A DNA stretch of 64,000 nucleotides from the NCBI RefSeq assembly GCF_009914755.1, contig NC_060928.1. One strand, given 5' to 3'. The translations under genes and the position numbers were made by a program. Below are positions 1 through 32,461 of the stretch, in pieces. The DNA comes from the human T2T-CHM13v2.0 reference genome, Homo sapiens. The number at the start of each line of letters is the position of its first letter. Position 1 is the first letter of the stretch. The notes beneath the pieces are model-generated. The model was not told the origin of the DNA, made no database searches, and was given only the letters and a program-made list of their open reading frames with translations.

Positions 1-958
<958 letters not shown>

Positions 959-959
959 C

Positions 960-1630
960 TACCATCATGAAAAATCATAAGGGGTATGGGGAGACAGACA
1001 AGAAAACCAAGATTTATAATACAGTATGACTAATGGATAACTCAAAGCCAGTGTGAAATTTAACAGAAGTTTAAGATAAGTACTTAGTAAGTATAACCAA
1101 GTTTTATGGAAATAAATAGGAAATGATCAGAGAAAGAGTATCTGATTAAACCTAGAAGTCAAAAACTTCCAAGATGGGTAATCTAAGAGATAAAATGGAT
1201 GAGTCAGCCGCAAGGAACGGCAAAGAAAGGCATTCCATGTAAAAGGAACCTTGCCAAGACCCTTAGTCCTACAACTTAGTTTAGATCCATATGGTGATCT
1301 CTTACAATAAGTTAAATCAGTAGGTTTGGAGCTACTATTTTGAAGGTGAAAATCAAAAGGCATGCATTAGATCCTAAATGCCTTTAATGCTAAGAAAGCA
1401 CTGGCATTTGAACTTAATCCTGATGGGTCCAGGTGAAGAAATGAACAAGGCCAAGAAAATTTTAAGCAAGGGTATGACAAGTTCAGATTTGCATTTTAGA
1501 AAAATCGCTTATACACAAATATAAAATCATCTTGACTGAAACATAGAAAAAGATAGTCATCTTCAATGAGAAGCCCAAAAATCATCAAAAAAAAAAAAAA
1601 AATCTCAAGGTACTTTGAAAGAGCATTAGC
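960..1630. mobile_element. L2 fragment (a second probable L2 piece at ~2980-3440)
   Basis: Degenerate L2 3' motifs (ttttaagcaaggg...tcagatttgcattttagaaaaatc). Confidence 0.55.
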
Positions 1631-1650
1631 TAGCAGGGCGCAGTGGCTCA

Positions 1651-2028
<378 letters not shown>

Positions 2029-3634
2029 TTAGCATATGTGAATTTTTAAAGGTTATAAAGAACTAGTTAAAAGTAGAAATTATCCCTCCAAACTGAACTT
2101 AATGCCAACAATGCTAGTAAAATTTAACAGAAGTATATCTCTATGTATTCTGGTAGGGCTATTAAGTCCATGCACAATTAAAAAATAAAGTTACAATCGG
2201 TCTGCAACACATAAACAACCCAAAGACCAAGCAATGACATTTATAAAAGTCTATGATAGTCACGGTGAACTCTTGACAATAACCAAAAATTCATTCAGAC
2301 ACTTCCGCGAACACCACAATTGTTTACCATACAACCCATACCTTCTCCTTCCCATTAACTAAAACTTTTCAGGGACTCTCTCAGAGTCTCTTCAGAGACT
2401 CAAAACAGTAAAGAACATCCCATTAAAACACTCCTGGTTAAGCCCCTCTACCTATACAAAAATCTCCAAGGGGACTGGTGTTTTCTTTTTCATAAATACT
2501 TCCAAGCCTTGTTTACTTATAGCCAACTGCAGCCCACTTCCTAAATCAGCTCCAAACCCAAACCCTTTCCAGTATTTTCTTTGGGGCCCCCCTGCCTCCC
2601 ATGACATCTCTCAAGACATCAGCTTCCTATACTGTCACAAATCTCTACTGAGCACCAAGAGAAAGAGAATAGTCACTCACCTAACACTGCTTTCACATTA
2701 AATTTTTCCATCTCTTCTCATTAGCTAAAATGAGAAGCCTCTCTACATACAAATACAAATCAAGCCTACATACAAATCAAAGCCTCAGGAAAATGACAAG
2801 TCACTGCCACTGATTTCCAAGTTGCCTACCGCTATGTTGTAAATTTATTAAAGACAGATGGTTTTAATATACATGCTAGGAATGATCAGTTAATATTTGA
2901 GTACCCTCATCAAGAATACACAGTCTAGGGATGGGTAATTAGGATTTGAAAGTCTCTAGTCAAAAGTTTACCATCCAGAGGTGCTTTCATATAAGCCTTT
3001 AGCACAGTAGAAATTAGAAATGATCCTATAACTAGTGAAAGAGTCATTTAGTATGGCTCTGGATTAAAGACCAATCACTTGGCTGTGTGCTTTTCTCTAA
3101 AAAACTTGAGCTGCTAGCCAAACAAGGAATAGGAGGGTTGGACTTAGCCAAGCCATTAGAGAAAGAGACTGGAAAAAGACAATCAATGGCGTTTACAAGA
3201 GAGCAATAGGATGGGTCATGGACTTCATCTTGAGGAAGGAAGAATTTGAGGACAGGAAAGGAATGATTACTGAGAAAGTGGAAGAATCAATGGACCAGAA
3301 ATTTCAAAGTCAATTGCTGGATTGGGAGTAGAAAGGCAAGTAAACTAAAAGAATAAAGAGAACGAACACTTGAAGTCAAGATTTCTGAGGTGATATAGTG
3401 ATTGGTGATGACAAATTTTAAAGTATAAAAGAGAACTGGGCCACACTAAGGAGTATTCTAGTAAAAGTAATTCAGCTAAAATTCTGTTACCACTTAAGTA
3501 ATTACTATTATTGTGACAATTTTCTGTTTACAGAGAACTCCATATAGAGTATATTAAAATACTGAAACCAAAAATTCAAACAGAAACCATGAAATACTAT
3601 ACTCTTGTGAATATTAATTTAAATTTATTAAAGT

Positions 3635-3848
3635 TAGCACATGTGCTCCAGAAACAAATTGCCTGGGTTCAAATTCCAGCTCAGCCATTTACTAGCTGAA
3701 TGCCTCCACTTCCACACTGGCAAAACGGGAATGTTATTAGTACCTACCTCATAGGATTGCTGGGGAATGATATAGTCACTATATGTAAAGGGCTAAGAAT
3801 GGTGCCTAGCACACAGTGAACACTGTATAAATATTAGCTACTATTACT
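3635..3848 (+). mobile_element. MIR
   Basis: gggttcaaattccagctc...tacctcatagg...gtgcctagcacacagtg core. Confidence 0.8.
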
Positions 3849-4087
3849 GGAGTTTGAGACTTTGCTAGTATCATGGTAAATTTCTACCAAAAACTAAGGA
3901 GACTAAAGTAATGAACTGATTTTCAGATGAGGCATTTTGCTTGAAGCAAACACTTCTTATTAACTAGTCTGGTTTATAATAATAAGCTATATTTGTTACA
4001 CTAAAACATTTTAAGTTGGCAGAACAGCCTTTTTAAATCTAAAAGGAAGATAAATATTTAGCTTAATAAACTATAAAGAAATATAAC

Positions 4088-4211
4088 CTGCAATGACTGG
4101 TGGTGAAACTTGAGTTGTCTGTCCTGTAACTGCTTTACTATTAATTGGTTTTGCAAAGATCAGCTTCGTGATTACTGGACCAGAGGTTGGCGTTCGAGGC
4201 TTCTTAGCAAT
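4088..4211 (-). CDS. LIN54: LIN54 next coding exon (124 nt, [42 protein letters not shown])
   Basis: Acceptor atgtttcag|ATT at 4212/4211 and donor GCAG|GTTATA at 4088/4087. Open and in phase with the preceding exon; continues the LIN54 protein. Confidence 0.93.
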
Positions 4212-5143
4212 CTGAAACATATAAATAACTATGAAGACCATCTGTTTCTATAAAATGCCTATTAAATCAAAATTATACCAAAGATTCACACAAAGTAGCA
4301 CATGTAAAACCGGCTCACTTAACAGAATATATCTGTGTGTTAATGTTAAGAACATTTAAAATGCAGACATTCATCAAAATATTAATATTATTATATCCTT
4401 AATCCCATATATAATAATACCTTTGCATTTTATTACAATTCCTTATTTTCATGTCTTGGATATATGCATATGATGAAAACAAAATTAATAATAATGCTTA
4501 ATGAAAAAATAAAACTGTGGCACAGTAATATTCTTGTTCAAAATAACAAATTACTCAATAATAAAAAGAGTAAGTAAAGAAAGTATAGTGCGAATGACAA
4601 AGCCACCTATATACACAATTACATTGGCCCTTGGATGCAAAATATAAATAAATACACATTAAAGGTAGGCTTATGACTAGATTTTCAACTTTAGATCTAA
4701 ATATCAGGAGTAGATTAAGGGAGAACTAAATAAGTTAAAGCCCTAGGGTACAAAAGAGAAAAATTTGGTAGAACAGAAACTATTATAAGGGCAACAGCTC
4801 TGAAATATTATTTACTAAACTATTATGTACTACACTTTTCTTCTTTTAAAGATGGGGTCCTGGCCAGGCGCAGTGGCTCACGCCTGTAATCCCAGCACTC
4901 TGGGAGGCTGAAGCAGGCAGACACTTGAGGTCAGGAGTTCAAGACCAGCCTGGCCAACATGGTGAAACCCTGTCTCTACAAAAATACAAAAATAAGCAGG
5001 GTGTGGTGGCGCACACCTATAATCTTAGCTACTCGGGAGGCTGAGGCAGGAGAATTGCTTGAACCCGGGAGCAGAGGTTGCAGGGAGTCGAGATTGCACC
5101 ACTGCACTCCAGCCTGGGTGACAGAGTGAGTGAGACTCTGTCT

Positions 5144-5185
<42 letters not shown>

Positions 5186-8044
5186 TGGGTCTCATCTCGT
5201 CACCCAGACTGGAGTGCAGTGGTGCACTCATAGTTCACTGCAGCCTCAAACTCCTGGGCTACAGCAACTGTTTATTATATTTTAAATTCCTTGAAGAGAG
5301 AAACTATATTTAATTCATCTCCAATTTGAAGTTACATATTGGCACACTGTTGACCTGAATTATAATTCTCCACAAGTCAAGGAGTGTAGAGTTACCAATT
5401 TTTTATATTGCGATTATCACCATATACAAAGACACAGCTTCTTCTAAAAGTTAAAAGAAGAAATTTACCTGGGATAAAAATCAAAGAATTTTAGAGTGTG
5501 AAGAACATTAAATATTAATTATATCTTTTGGCAATGAAAATTGAGACTGTAAAAGAACTATTTATTATAGGAAATAGTGACTCAAATGAAAAAATATGAC
5601 CAACATGAATAACAGAAATACACCAGAAGCTATGATAGATCACAGAACTAGACAAATATTAGCTCTTTGTGCTCAAATTATAAATTAAACTAAATAACAC
5701 ATCTTACACCTACAATATATTACTTTTTTATACTCAGAGCACATTACTGACAAAAACCAACTGTATATAAAATACAAATCACTTAAAAAAAACATACCCA
5801 TTATTGTATTTAAAAACGGCCGACTTGCAAAACTATAACATACTCAAATAAATCTATAATTATACTCTAGAAAGCTAATGAAATTTAGAGAAATACAAAT
5901 TTCTCAAGTATGTTTACAGACTTAAAACCCTAAAGTCAGTCAAAATTGTATCTATTGTATCTATAATATTAACAATCTCTAGAGGTAGAAGTATTAATAT
6001 TCTTAGAAAGCCATATTAGCAATAAATAACCTTAGCTATAACAATTATGGGCTTAAAGTATTTCCCCATTTTAAACTGATTTTTCACAATCATGAGTATA
6101 TGAATACTTATCAGTAAGAAAAAAATATAAACAGTACAACCAGAAGCACATTAATTATTCAAATAAACAATCTCATCTTGCCCTTGTGGTTATGTTTCTT
6201 TAGTGGTGCTGAAAATAATAACTTTTGGTTCCATTAAGGAACTATGATTTTTTTGCACTATGAATTCTAAAGTATCCTGGAACAAAATTATTAAGTAAAA
6301 CAAAGCATCAAAGATTACTTTAACAAGTTTATAGAATCAGCAGCTTAAGATAAACATGAAAAAAAACTTACAAATAAGGTAGTAAAATATGTCATCAAAT
6401 AATATATACAAGTAATTTTTGGCACTGTGTTGGATAGATTCAGGAGCTAGTAAGGAGTTATATTGTTCCAGACTGCTAGTTATGTACTACTCTTATATAC
6501 TATGCACAGGAAACATGGGAAAGTGTTTATATATCTGTTATTACATATAATTATACCTCTGTTACTGCCTCTGGCTTCAAAGGTCACCTCTTTTCTTCAT
6601 TTTTCAAGATGGCCTCCATCTTCCACCGTTGCCTGCTATCTATACCCTAACAGTCTCAATACTCTGACTAAACTTAACACTGACAACTACCTAGGGGGAA
6701 AAAAACCAGAAAATCATATACTCTTTGTAATACTAAACCAAATATTCTGGTGTCAAAAAAGGAAAAAATATAGATGCATAGTTTTTAATTTGTCTTTTGT
6801 GCTTCAGAGCTTTGAGGTTACTTCTGAGATGGAAAGACTTAAGTCGCCTAAAAATAATGGATTGTACAAGTAAAAAAAATTCTAAATCTAATTCCTTTTT
6901 ATTGTTTTTTTTAATAGAATTCTTTTTTATTAGATAGAAACAGGCTTTAGAAAACTAACAATAGCCCAGGTGCAGTGGCTTATGCTTGTAATCCCAGCAC
7001 TTTTGAGAGGCCAAGGCAGGTGGATTGCTTGTGTCCAGGAGTTTGAGACCAGCCTGGGCTACATGGCAAAGCCCCATCTCTACAAAAAAAATACAAAAAT
7101 TGGCCAGGTGTGGTGGTTTGCATCTGTAGTCCCAGCTACTTGGGAGGCTGACGTGGGAGGAGCATTTGAGCTTGGGGGGTCAAGGCTGCAGTGGAGCACC
7201 CACTGCACTCCAGACTGGGTGACAGAGAGACCTGTCTCAAAAACAAAACAGAACAAAACAGAAAAGTAACAATAAAACAAGTTATAAGAATTAGACCCCA
7301 GTCTTTTTTTTATTGTCATTACTTAGGGAGTTAAAGTAGAGAAATAATAGATACAAGCAACACTGGTCATTGAAATGTCACATATACCTTGCTCTCATAA
7401 ATGAAAAAAATGACATTCTAATTTATGATATCTTTTCCTTTTTTAGTTTATTTTTATTTTTTTGAGACAGGGTTTTCCTGTAGCCCAGGCTGAGGTGCAG
7501 TGATGCGACCACAGCTCACAGCAGCCTAGACCTCCCCGGCTCAAGCGACCCTCTCACCTCAGCCTCCTGAGTACCTGGGACCGCAAGTGTGCGCCACCAT
7601 GCTGGGCTAATTTTTTGTATTTTTGGTAGAAACAGGGTTTCACTATGTTGCCCAGGCTGGTCTCGAACTCCTGGCCTCACAGAATCTGCCCACCTTGGCC
7701 TCCCAAAGTGTTGGGCTTACAGGTTCGTGAGCCACCACACCTGGCATCAGTTTCTTTTGAACATAATTATGATCCATATTGCCAAAGCCAAATAAACTTT
7801 GGTAAACCAATAAAAACAAGCTTCAAAACTGAGGACAAGATGCTTGATGGTGATAAGATATCTCATCCAAGAGATTCTTGGCAAAAATAAGAAGTAAAAG
7901 GAAGTCATAGATAAGTGAGAAGTAATAATGAACAAGAAAGAGCACTAAATGTTTAATAATGGCAAAGGGGACAGAGGCAAATTATAAGATTTAAGAAATT
8001 CTACAAAGTTCTTAAATGCAAAGCCCATGAAAAGTGGTTTCTAA

Positions 8045-8401
<357 letters not shown>

Positions 8402-9374
8402 TAGTAGAGATGAGGTTTCACCATGTTGGGCAGGCTAGTCTCAAACTCCTGACCTCAGGTGATCCGCCCACCTCAGCCTGCCAAAGTGCTGGGTGGGATT
8501 ACAGGCTTAAGCCACCACGCCCCGCCGATCACTGCATTTCCAAGAGTAGTGGTGGCCTAAGAAAGCCTATTTGGGCATGATAAACTGGAAATCACTTAAT
8601 ATATATTCCAGTAACCTTCTTTCTTAGGGTCCTATTCATACTAATAATAGGTACCATTATGAAACATCCTCAATATTTTGAGAATTATACTACACATTTC
8701 ATCTTGATCAAAAAGTATTCTTAAGATAAAGTCAAAAACTCAGAGAAGATAAGTAACCTACGAAAGTTTTCCATAACTGGTAGGATAAGATAGAGGCAAC
8801 TCAAGCCCAGTTGGTACAACTCTAAAGCCTGTATGTTATCTTCCATCACATGTCACTGTCTTTTCCATAGTACAAACATGAATAATGGCAATGAACAGTA
8901 AACTCCAAATAAAAGGCACACGCTGGCTGACACGCACTATTACTGGCTCTGAGGGTTTCTCAGAGCAACAAAGTTCTCCTAGCCTTTGGCCATCTGTGAA
9001 CTGAAAAAAAAAAATGTTGTCTACATGATTTTTTTGATAGCCCAGCAGCAAGTCTGGCATATTTATACCAGCAAAACATCCTTGTAATCAAACTACCACT
9101 AAGAATAAAATGCATTTTAAAATTAGTAAAAGGCTATAAATATACTAATTTGGAATTTAACCAAAATTAAGTTTGCTTTCTAAGTTATCTGGTAAAAATT
9201 TTCATAAGCATTAGACATATCAAACTTAAAAACACACACACACAATTACATAAAACAACATTCAAAAGAATTCAGTAACAACTATGTATTTAGTAACCCT
9301 ATAAACACAACTATGAATGAGTTAAATTTTTTTAAACATGCATTTTAATTAGTAAGCCCCCTTTTTTCTTTTAC

Positions 9375-10058
9375 CTGTACTGTTTTTAACTGTTGGGTCT
9401 GTAACACAGAGGGCTGAGTTGTAGTATTAATCAGTTGACTTCCTGGGGTCAATGCTGAGACACCAATGACAGGTTTCACCTCTGGCCTCCCTCCAATGGT
9501 AACTACTTTAATTTGCTGCGGTGGTAACTTAGCATCTCCTGACTGGGCCTGAGTTGTAACTTTCTGAGCCTGGGGTAGTTGGCTATGGGGTAGTGCTAAA
9601 ACAATTGGTGAACCAGACTTGCCCAAAGTTGTTAAAATTAACTTCTGTCCATCTGGTTTAAGGGTCTGATTGCCAAGTTTAAGATCAGATGTCTGTGATA
9701 CTTTGTTTAAAATAATCTGATTGGCTGATATAGTCACAGGAGTCTGAGCACCAAGTTTTTGAAGGCCACTTGGAAAAGCTGGTTTCACTGTGGTATTAGA
9801 ATCTGCTTTAGTAATTGTGGTATTCACTGCAACTTGGTTAGTGTGGTTACTGTACACTGTGATTGGTTCCGTGGAAATGGGCGTGGCTGTAGAGTCACCA
9901 GTAGAATTTATGTTGACAATTTCTTCCAGTTCTGTCTCCATGGGAATTGGGGATGAAACAATAACAGCCTCAATACTATCATCATCCACTAAAGTTATAC
10001 CAGTGTCCATTATTTCCTCTGGAAGCAAACTATTCACCTCAGCTGGCACCACCTCCAT
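9375..10058 (-). CDS. LIN54: LIN54 first coding exon (228 codons, MEVVPAEVNSLL...QQLKTVQ); whole exon 9375-10090 including 32 nt of 5'UTR
   Basis: Long non-repeat ORF whose translation I recognise as the LIN54 N-terminus. Acceptor ttttattacag|TG at 10091/10090, ATG at 10058, donor CAG|GTAAAA at 9375/9374. 684 nt, phase 0. Confidence 0.96.
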
Positions 10059-10763
10059 GATCGTTCTCCCGCTAGAAAGTTGATCAGGCACTGTAATAAA
10101 AGTTGAAAAATGAACAAGTTACTAGGTTTCAAAAGATGTAAGAAAAAAATTCAAAAAAAATGCAAATGGCAAAATGACAATTTTTAAATTGATATATAAT
10201 TGAATGAAGAATATTCCTGAAGCTTATCTGGGTTAAATCATGTTAACACATCCTCAACCTGCAAGAATCTATAATATAAGTCATATGGGAACACAAAACT
10301 AGAAGCAAACATTCTTACTCTCGTCTCAATCCACAAGTATCTTGCACTCAGGCAACACTAAGTCACATAATCACATGAAACTCCTTTCCAACGCCCTCTA
10401 ATAAAATTTGTAATCTTTGATGTATCTGATCTTATTTCTACCCAGATTTTTTTCCTCTCATTGACAGACTTGAAAACTGCTGATTCACACAAGGAAATAA
10501 AGATTTAAATATTAACATATTGTAAAATACATTCAAATCTCCAATGAGCTAGGTCCTAATATGAGTGTACTATCCCATTTTAAAAATCCATTAAATACCC
10601 AAATTAAAGTTAAAGGAGTTTCTAGAGTAATACATCTCAGCAATTGCAGATCAAATAGCATTTGTGGTACAACTTTGACCAACTAGCTTCATACCAGGGA
10701 AATTTTTATTTGGAAAGAAGATTCTCAAACCCTCCTTGGCCATTTACTTACTTACTTAATTAA

Positions 10764-12508
<1,745 letters not shown>

Positions 12509-12619
12509 ATTTTTTTAAAAAGATACCACAGTTAATAACCTTAATCCCAAAATTATATTCCCTTAAATGTTGCCATTGGTGTTTTAAAACAGGGAAAAAA
12601 TAAGTCTACTTTTCTAAGA

Positions 12620-13404
12620 AAAAAACAAAAAACAAAAAACAAACGGGATACATGTGCAGAACATGCAGGTTTGTTACACAGGTATACGTGTGCCATGGTG
12701 GTTTGCTACACCTGTTGACCCCACCTCTAAGTTCCCTCCCCTTGACCCCAACCCCCCACCAGAACATAATGTGTGTTGTTCCCCTCTCTGTGTCCATGTG
12801 TTCTCAATTCTTCAACTCCCACTTATGAGTGAGAACATGCAGTGTTTGGTTTTCTGTTCCTGTGTTAGTTTGCTGAGAATGATGGCTTCCAGTTTCATCC
12901 ATGTCTCTGCAGAGGACATGATCTCATTCCTTTTTATGGCTGCATAGTATTCCATGGTGTATAAGTGCCAAATTTTATTTATCCAGTCTATCACTGATGG
13001 GCATTTGGGTTGGTTCCATGTCTTTGCTATTGTAAATAGTGCTGCAATAAACATATGTGTGCATGTGTCTTTATAGTAGAATGATTTATATTCCTTTGGG
13101 TACATACCCAGTAATGGGACTGATGGGCCAAATGGTATTTCTGGTTCTATATCCTTGAGGAATCACCATACTGTCTTCCACCGTGGTTGAACTAATTCAC
13201 ATTGTCATGAACAATGTAAAAGCATTCCTATTTCTCCACAGCCTTGCCAGCATCTATTGTTTCCTGACTTTTTAATAATCGCCACTCTGACTGGCATGAG
13301 ATGGTATCTCATTGTGATTTTCATTTACATTTCTCTGATGATCAATGATGTTGAGCTTTTTTTCATGTTTTTTTGGCCACATAAATGTTTCTTTTGAGAA
13401 GTGG

Positions 13405-13405
<1 letters not shown>
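12620..13405 (-). mobile_element. L1PA 3' fragment (ORF2 C-terminus plus 3'UTR)
   Basis: ORF 12812-13105 reads YPKEYKSFYYKDTCTHMFIAALFTIAKTWNQPKCPS...MFSLISGS, the L1 ORF2p C-terminus. Confidence 0.92.
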
Positions 13406-14460
<1,055 letters not shown>

Positions 14461-15427
14461 TACTGTGAAGTTATCAGTCACTTATAACATCTTAAAGGAC
14501 TCACTAGGGTTTTGGGACACCAAAGTACTAGCACTTCTTTATGTCGCTCTTCCTGATCAAAGAATCCCCTCTGGCACTTATGGGAATTCACAGCACAAGA
14601 ATGTAAAAGTATCAACATCAAATATACATCAGCAATGACAATCACAACAACAATATACAACAAAGGGCTCCACTCACAATGTCACACTAGCTTTCTTCCC
14701 CAAACCCCAAGAGTTGAATCTGGATACTACCCCCAACGAATGATGATTTAGTTCCTATATCCAACAGAACCAGAAAAGTTTGACTCCTTCCTCTCCCTGA
14801 AGTTCTTCCAGCATATTTAGACATAGGGGTATGGCCTTTGGTCCCCATAAGGACACACAGACATCAGCCCAACCCCTATTAATCTTTCTCTTTAAAGCAC
14901 CTGAAATTAAAGAGTAGGAGGAGGGAGAGGTCAGGCCACAGAGGGAGACTGTGGCTTTAGAGCAGTAAGCAAAGCTTGCATTTACTTTCATTTTCAAGCA
15001 TTAACCCCTGCAGCTCAACCAAACTTCTAAGGTTTTGAATCCACCTAAAGCTCTATATCCTTATTGTGGACACCATATGTTCTGCTTTGAGGGCTCCTTA
15101 ACTCAGCAGCTATAGCCACATTGCCTTTCAGCAGAGCAGGGGCCATGAAGTTGAGTGTACAACAACCAAAGCACCATTCAGGTGGTATGTTTCAATCCTA
15201 CCTCTCAACTAAGCCTCTAAATTATTCATTAACAGGTAGAACAGTGGAGGACTTTCATTCTCCCCATCCCCACTGCCCTTGCCCACCACCTGGGTGAGAC
15301 CATTCACTAACAGATGCCAGAGAGAATTTTCATATCTCCTAACCTAGCCCAAGAGGCCCTCATCCTTCCTCCTTCAGAATGCCATGCCTGTCAGCACCCC
15401 ATCCTCATGGCCAAAACTATCAAGAAC

Positions 15428-16414
<987 letters not shown>

Positions 16415-16419
16415 AACTA

Positions 16420-23757
<7,338 letters not shown>

Positions 23758-23899
23758 GAGAAAGAAAAGAAAGAAAGAAAGGAAGGAAGAGAGGGAGGGA
23801 AAGAAAAGAGAGAAAGAAAAGAGAGAAAGAGAAGAGAGAAAGAAGAGAAAGAAACAGAGAAAGAAAAAGAAAGAGAAAGAAAGAAAGAATCTGAGTGTT

Positions 23900-28186
<4,287 letters not shown>

Positions 28187-28686
28187 TATTTTTTGTACCT
28201 AGAGCTTACTACCAGCATTAACTGGTTAACTATACCACTTAGATTTAAGCTTTTTTTTGTGAGTGTGAGATGGAGTCTTGCTCTGTCACCCAGGTTGGAG
28301 TGCAGTGGCGTGATCTCCACTCACTGCAACCTCCGCCTCCCAAGTTCAAGTGATTCTCCCGCCTCAGCCTCCTGAGTAGCTGGGATTACAGACGTGTGCC
28401 ACCACGCTTGGCTTATTTTTTGTATTTTTAGTAGACACAGGGTTTCACCATGTTGGCCAGGCTGGCCTTGAACTCCTGACCTCAATTGATCCGCCCAGCT
28501 CGGTCTCCCAAAGTGCTGGGATTACAGGTGTAAGCCACCTCGCCCGGCCAGATTTTAGCTTTTATTTCTAAAATAAAACATCAACAACTAAAAAACCAGT
28601 TATAGAACTATATTTCTCAAACTAAACTGGGAGCAGTAGACTATAAGCCATGAGTTCTGATGAAGTTTTGAAAGGTTTGTATTTCC

Positions 28687-28746
28687 CAGAGAAGACTGGT
28701 ATGGCCCCTGCACAAGGACGACATGCAAATTTGTGAAGTGTTCCAT
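28687..28746 (+). pseudogene. 5'-truncated U6 snRNA retropseudogene
   Basis: cagagaagactggtatggcccctgcacaaggacgacatgcaaatttgtgaagtgttccat matches the U6 3' half with a few substitutions. Followed by an A-rich tail; 15-bp TSD at 28670-28684 and 29079-29093. Confidence 0.92.
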
Positions 28747-29369
28747 GAAAAAAACAAATTAAAACAATAAATTTTTTCTGAGACAGAGTCTCACTCTGTT
28801 GCCCAGGCTGGAATGCAGTGGCGCAATCTTGGCTCACAGCAACCTCCACCTGGGGGCTCAAGTGATCCTCCCACCTCAGCCTCTGAAGTAGCTGGGACTA
28901 CAGGTGTGCACCACCATGACTAGCTAATTTGTCTAGTTTTTCTAGAGACGGGGTCTCACCATGTTGCCCAGGCTAGTCTCAAACACCTGAGCTCAAGCCA
29001 TCCACCCACCTCGGCCTCACAGAGTGCTGGAATTACAGGCATGAGCTACTGCACCTGACCTAATTTTTTTTTAAAAAAGAAAGGTTTGTATTTTCATTTC
29101 AATAGTATTTTTATAAAGTACATTCTGGATCATCTGAATAACCACATCACATCCAAAATCAATGTACAAGAATTCAGATGAGCTAAAGAAAAAGGCACAA
29201 AATGGACTTATAAAATAAATGACATATTTATGCCAAATAAAAGCCAAACCACTTAACCTGAGATTTAAGAAAGAAAGACTTGCAGCATTCAAACACAGAA
29301 GAGTGGTGTAGAAATTGAGTCATCATAGGATATAGAGTATGTAGAAAACAGGCCGGGTGCGGTGGCTTA

Positions 29370-30027
<658 letters not shown>

Positions 30028-30117
30028 TGACCCAAAGATTGTTTAAGCAAAACAACATCATCCATCACCCTAAGTTTAATTTTTTTTACATTGGTTTTAC
30101 AGTTTTGTTTACATTAG

Positions 30118-30366
<249 letters not shown>

Positions 30367-30555
30367 TGATCCACCCACCTCGGCCTCCTGAAGTGCTAGG
30401 ATTACAGGCATGAGCCACCGCACCTGGCCTATAAATTTACTTTTGATTTATACTTGGTTTTATATTTATATCTATCTTAAAAAGTAAATATCTTAATAAA
30501 ATAAGTTAGGACAATACTGGAGATTCACAATTTTTTTTTCCTTTAAAAGGGAACT

Positions 30556-31871
<1,316 letters not shown>

Positions 31872-32044
31872 TTAGTCACATACCTTTAAAGTCTATGTTC
31901 AAGTATATAGTATTTAAATTTGAGCTTCTACCACTTATATTTAAATGTATTATGAAGATCTGCTGCACTACTCCCATTCTATTTAGGTGAGCTTCCTTAA
32001 CTTTGTAACTTACTTTCCATAAAGTCTTTGCTACATGATAATTA

Positions 32045-32461
<417 letters not shown>

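Noticed and set aside
6463-6873. 136-aa plus-strand ORF in a LIN54 intron
   Set aside because: TTG start, AT-rich intronic or old-repeat-like composition, no recognisable protein.
9345-9374. ORF-track extension VKEKRGLTN* and GTG start at 10091
   Set aside because: These are read-through past the splice donor and a start codon borrowed from the acceptor G. I saw no nearby minus-strand polyA signal to support a terminal exon.
9759-10083. Antisense ORFs over the LIN54 coding exon
   Set aside because: Shadow ORFs of a real coding exon, with no promoter or splice support.
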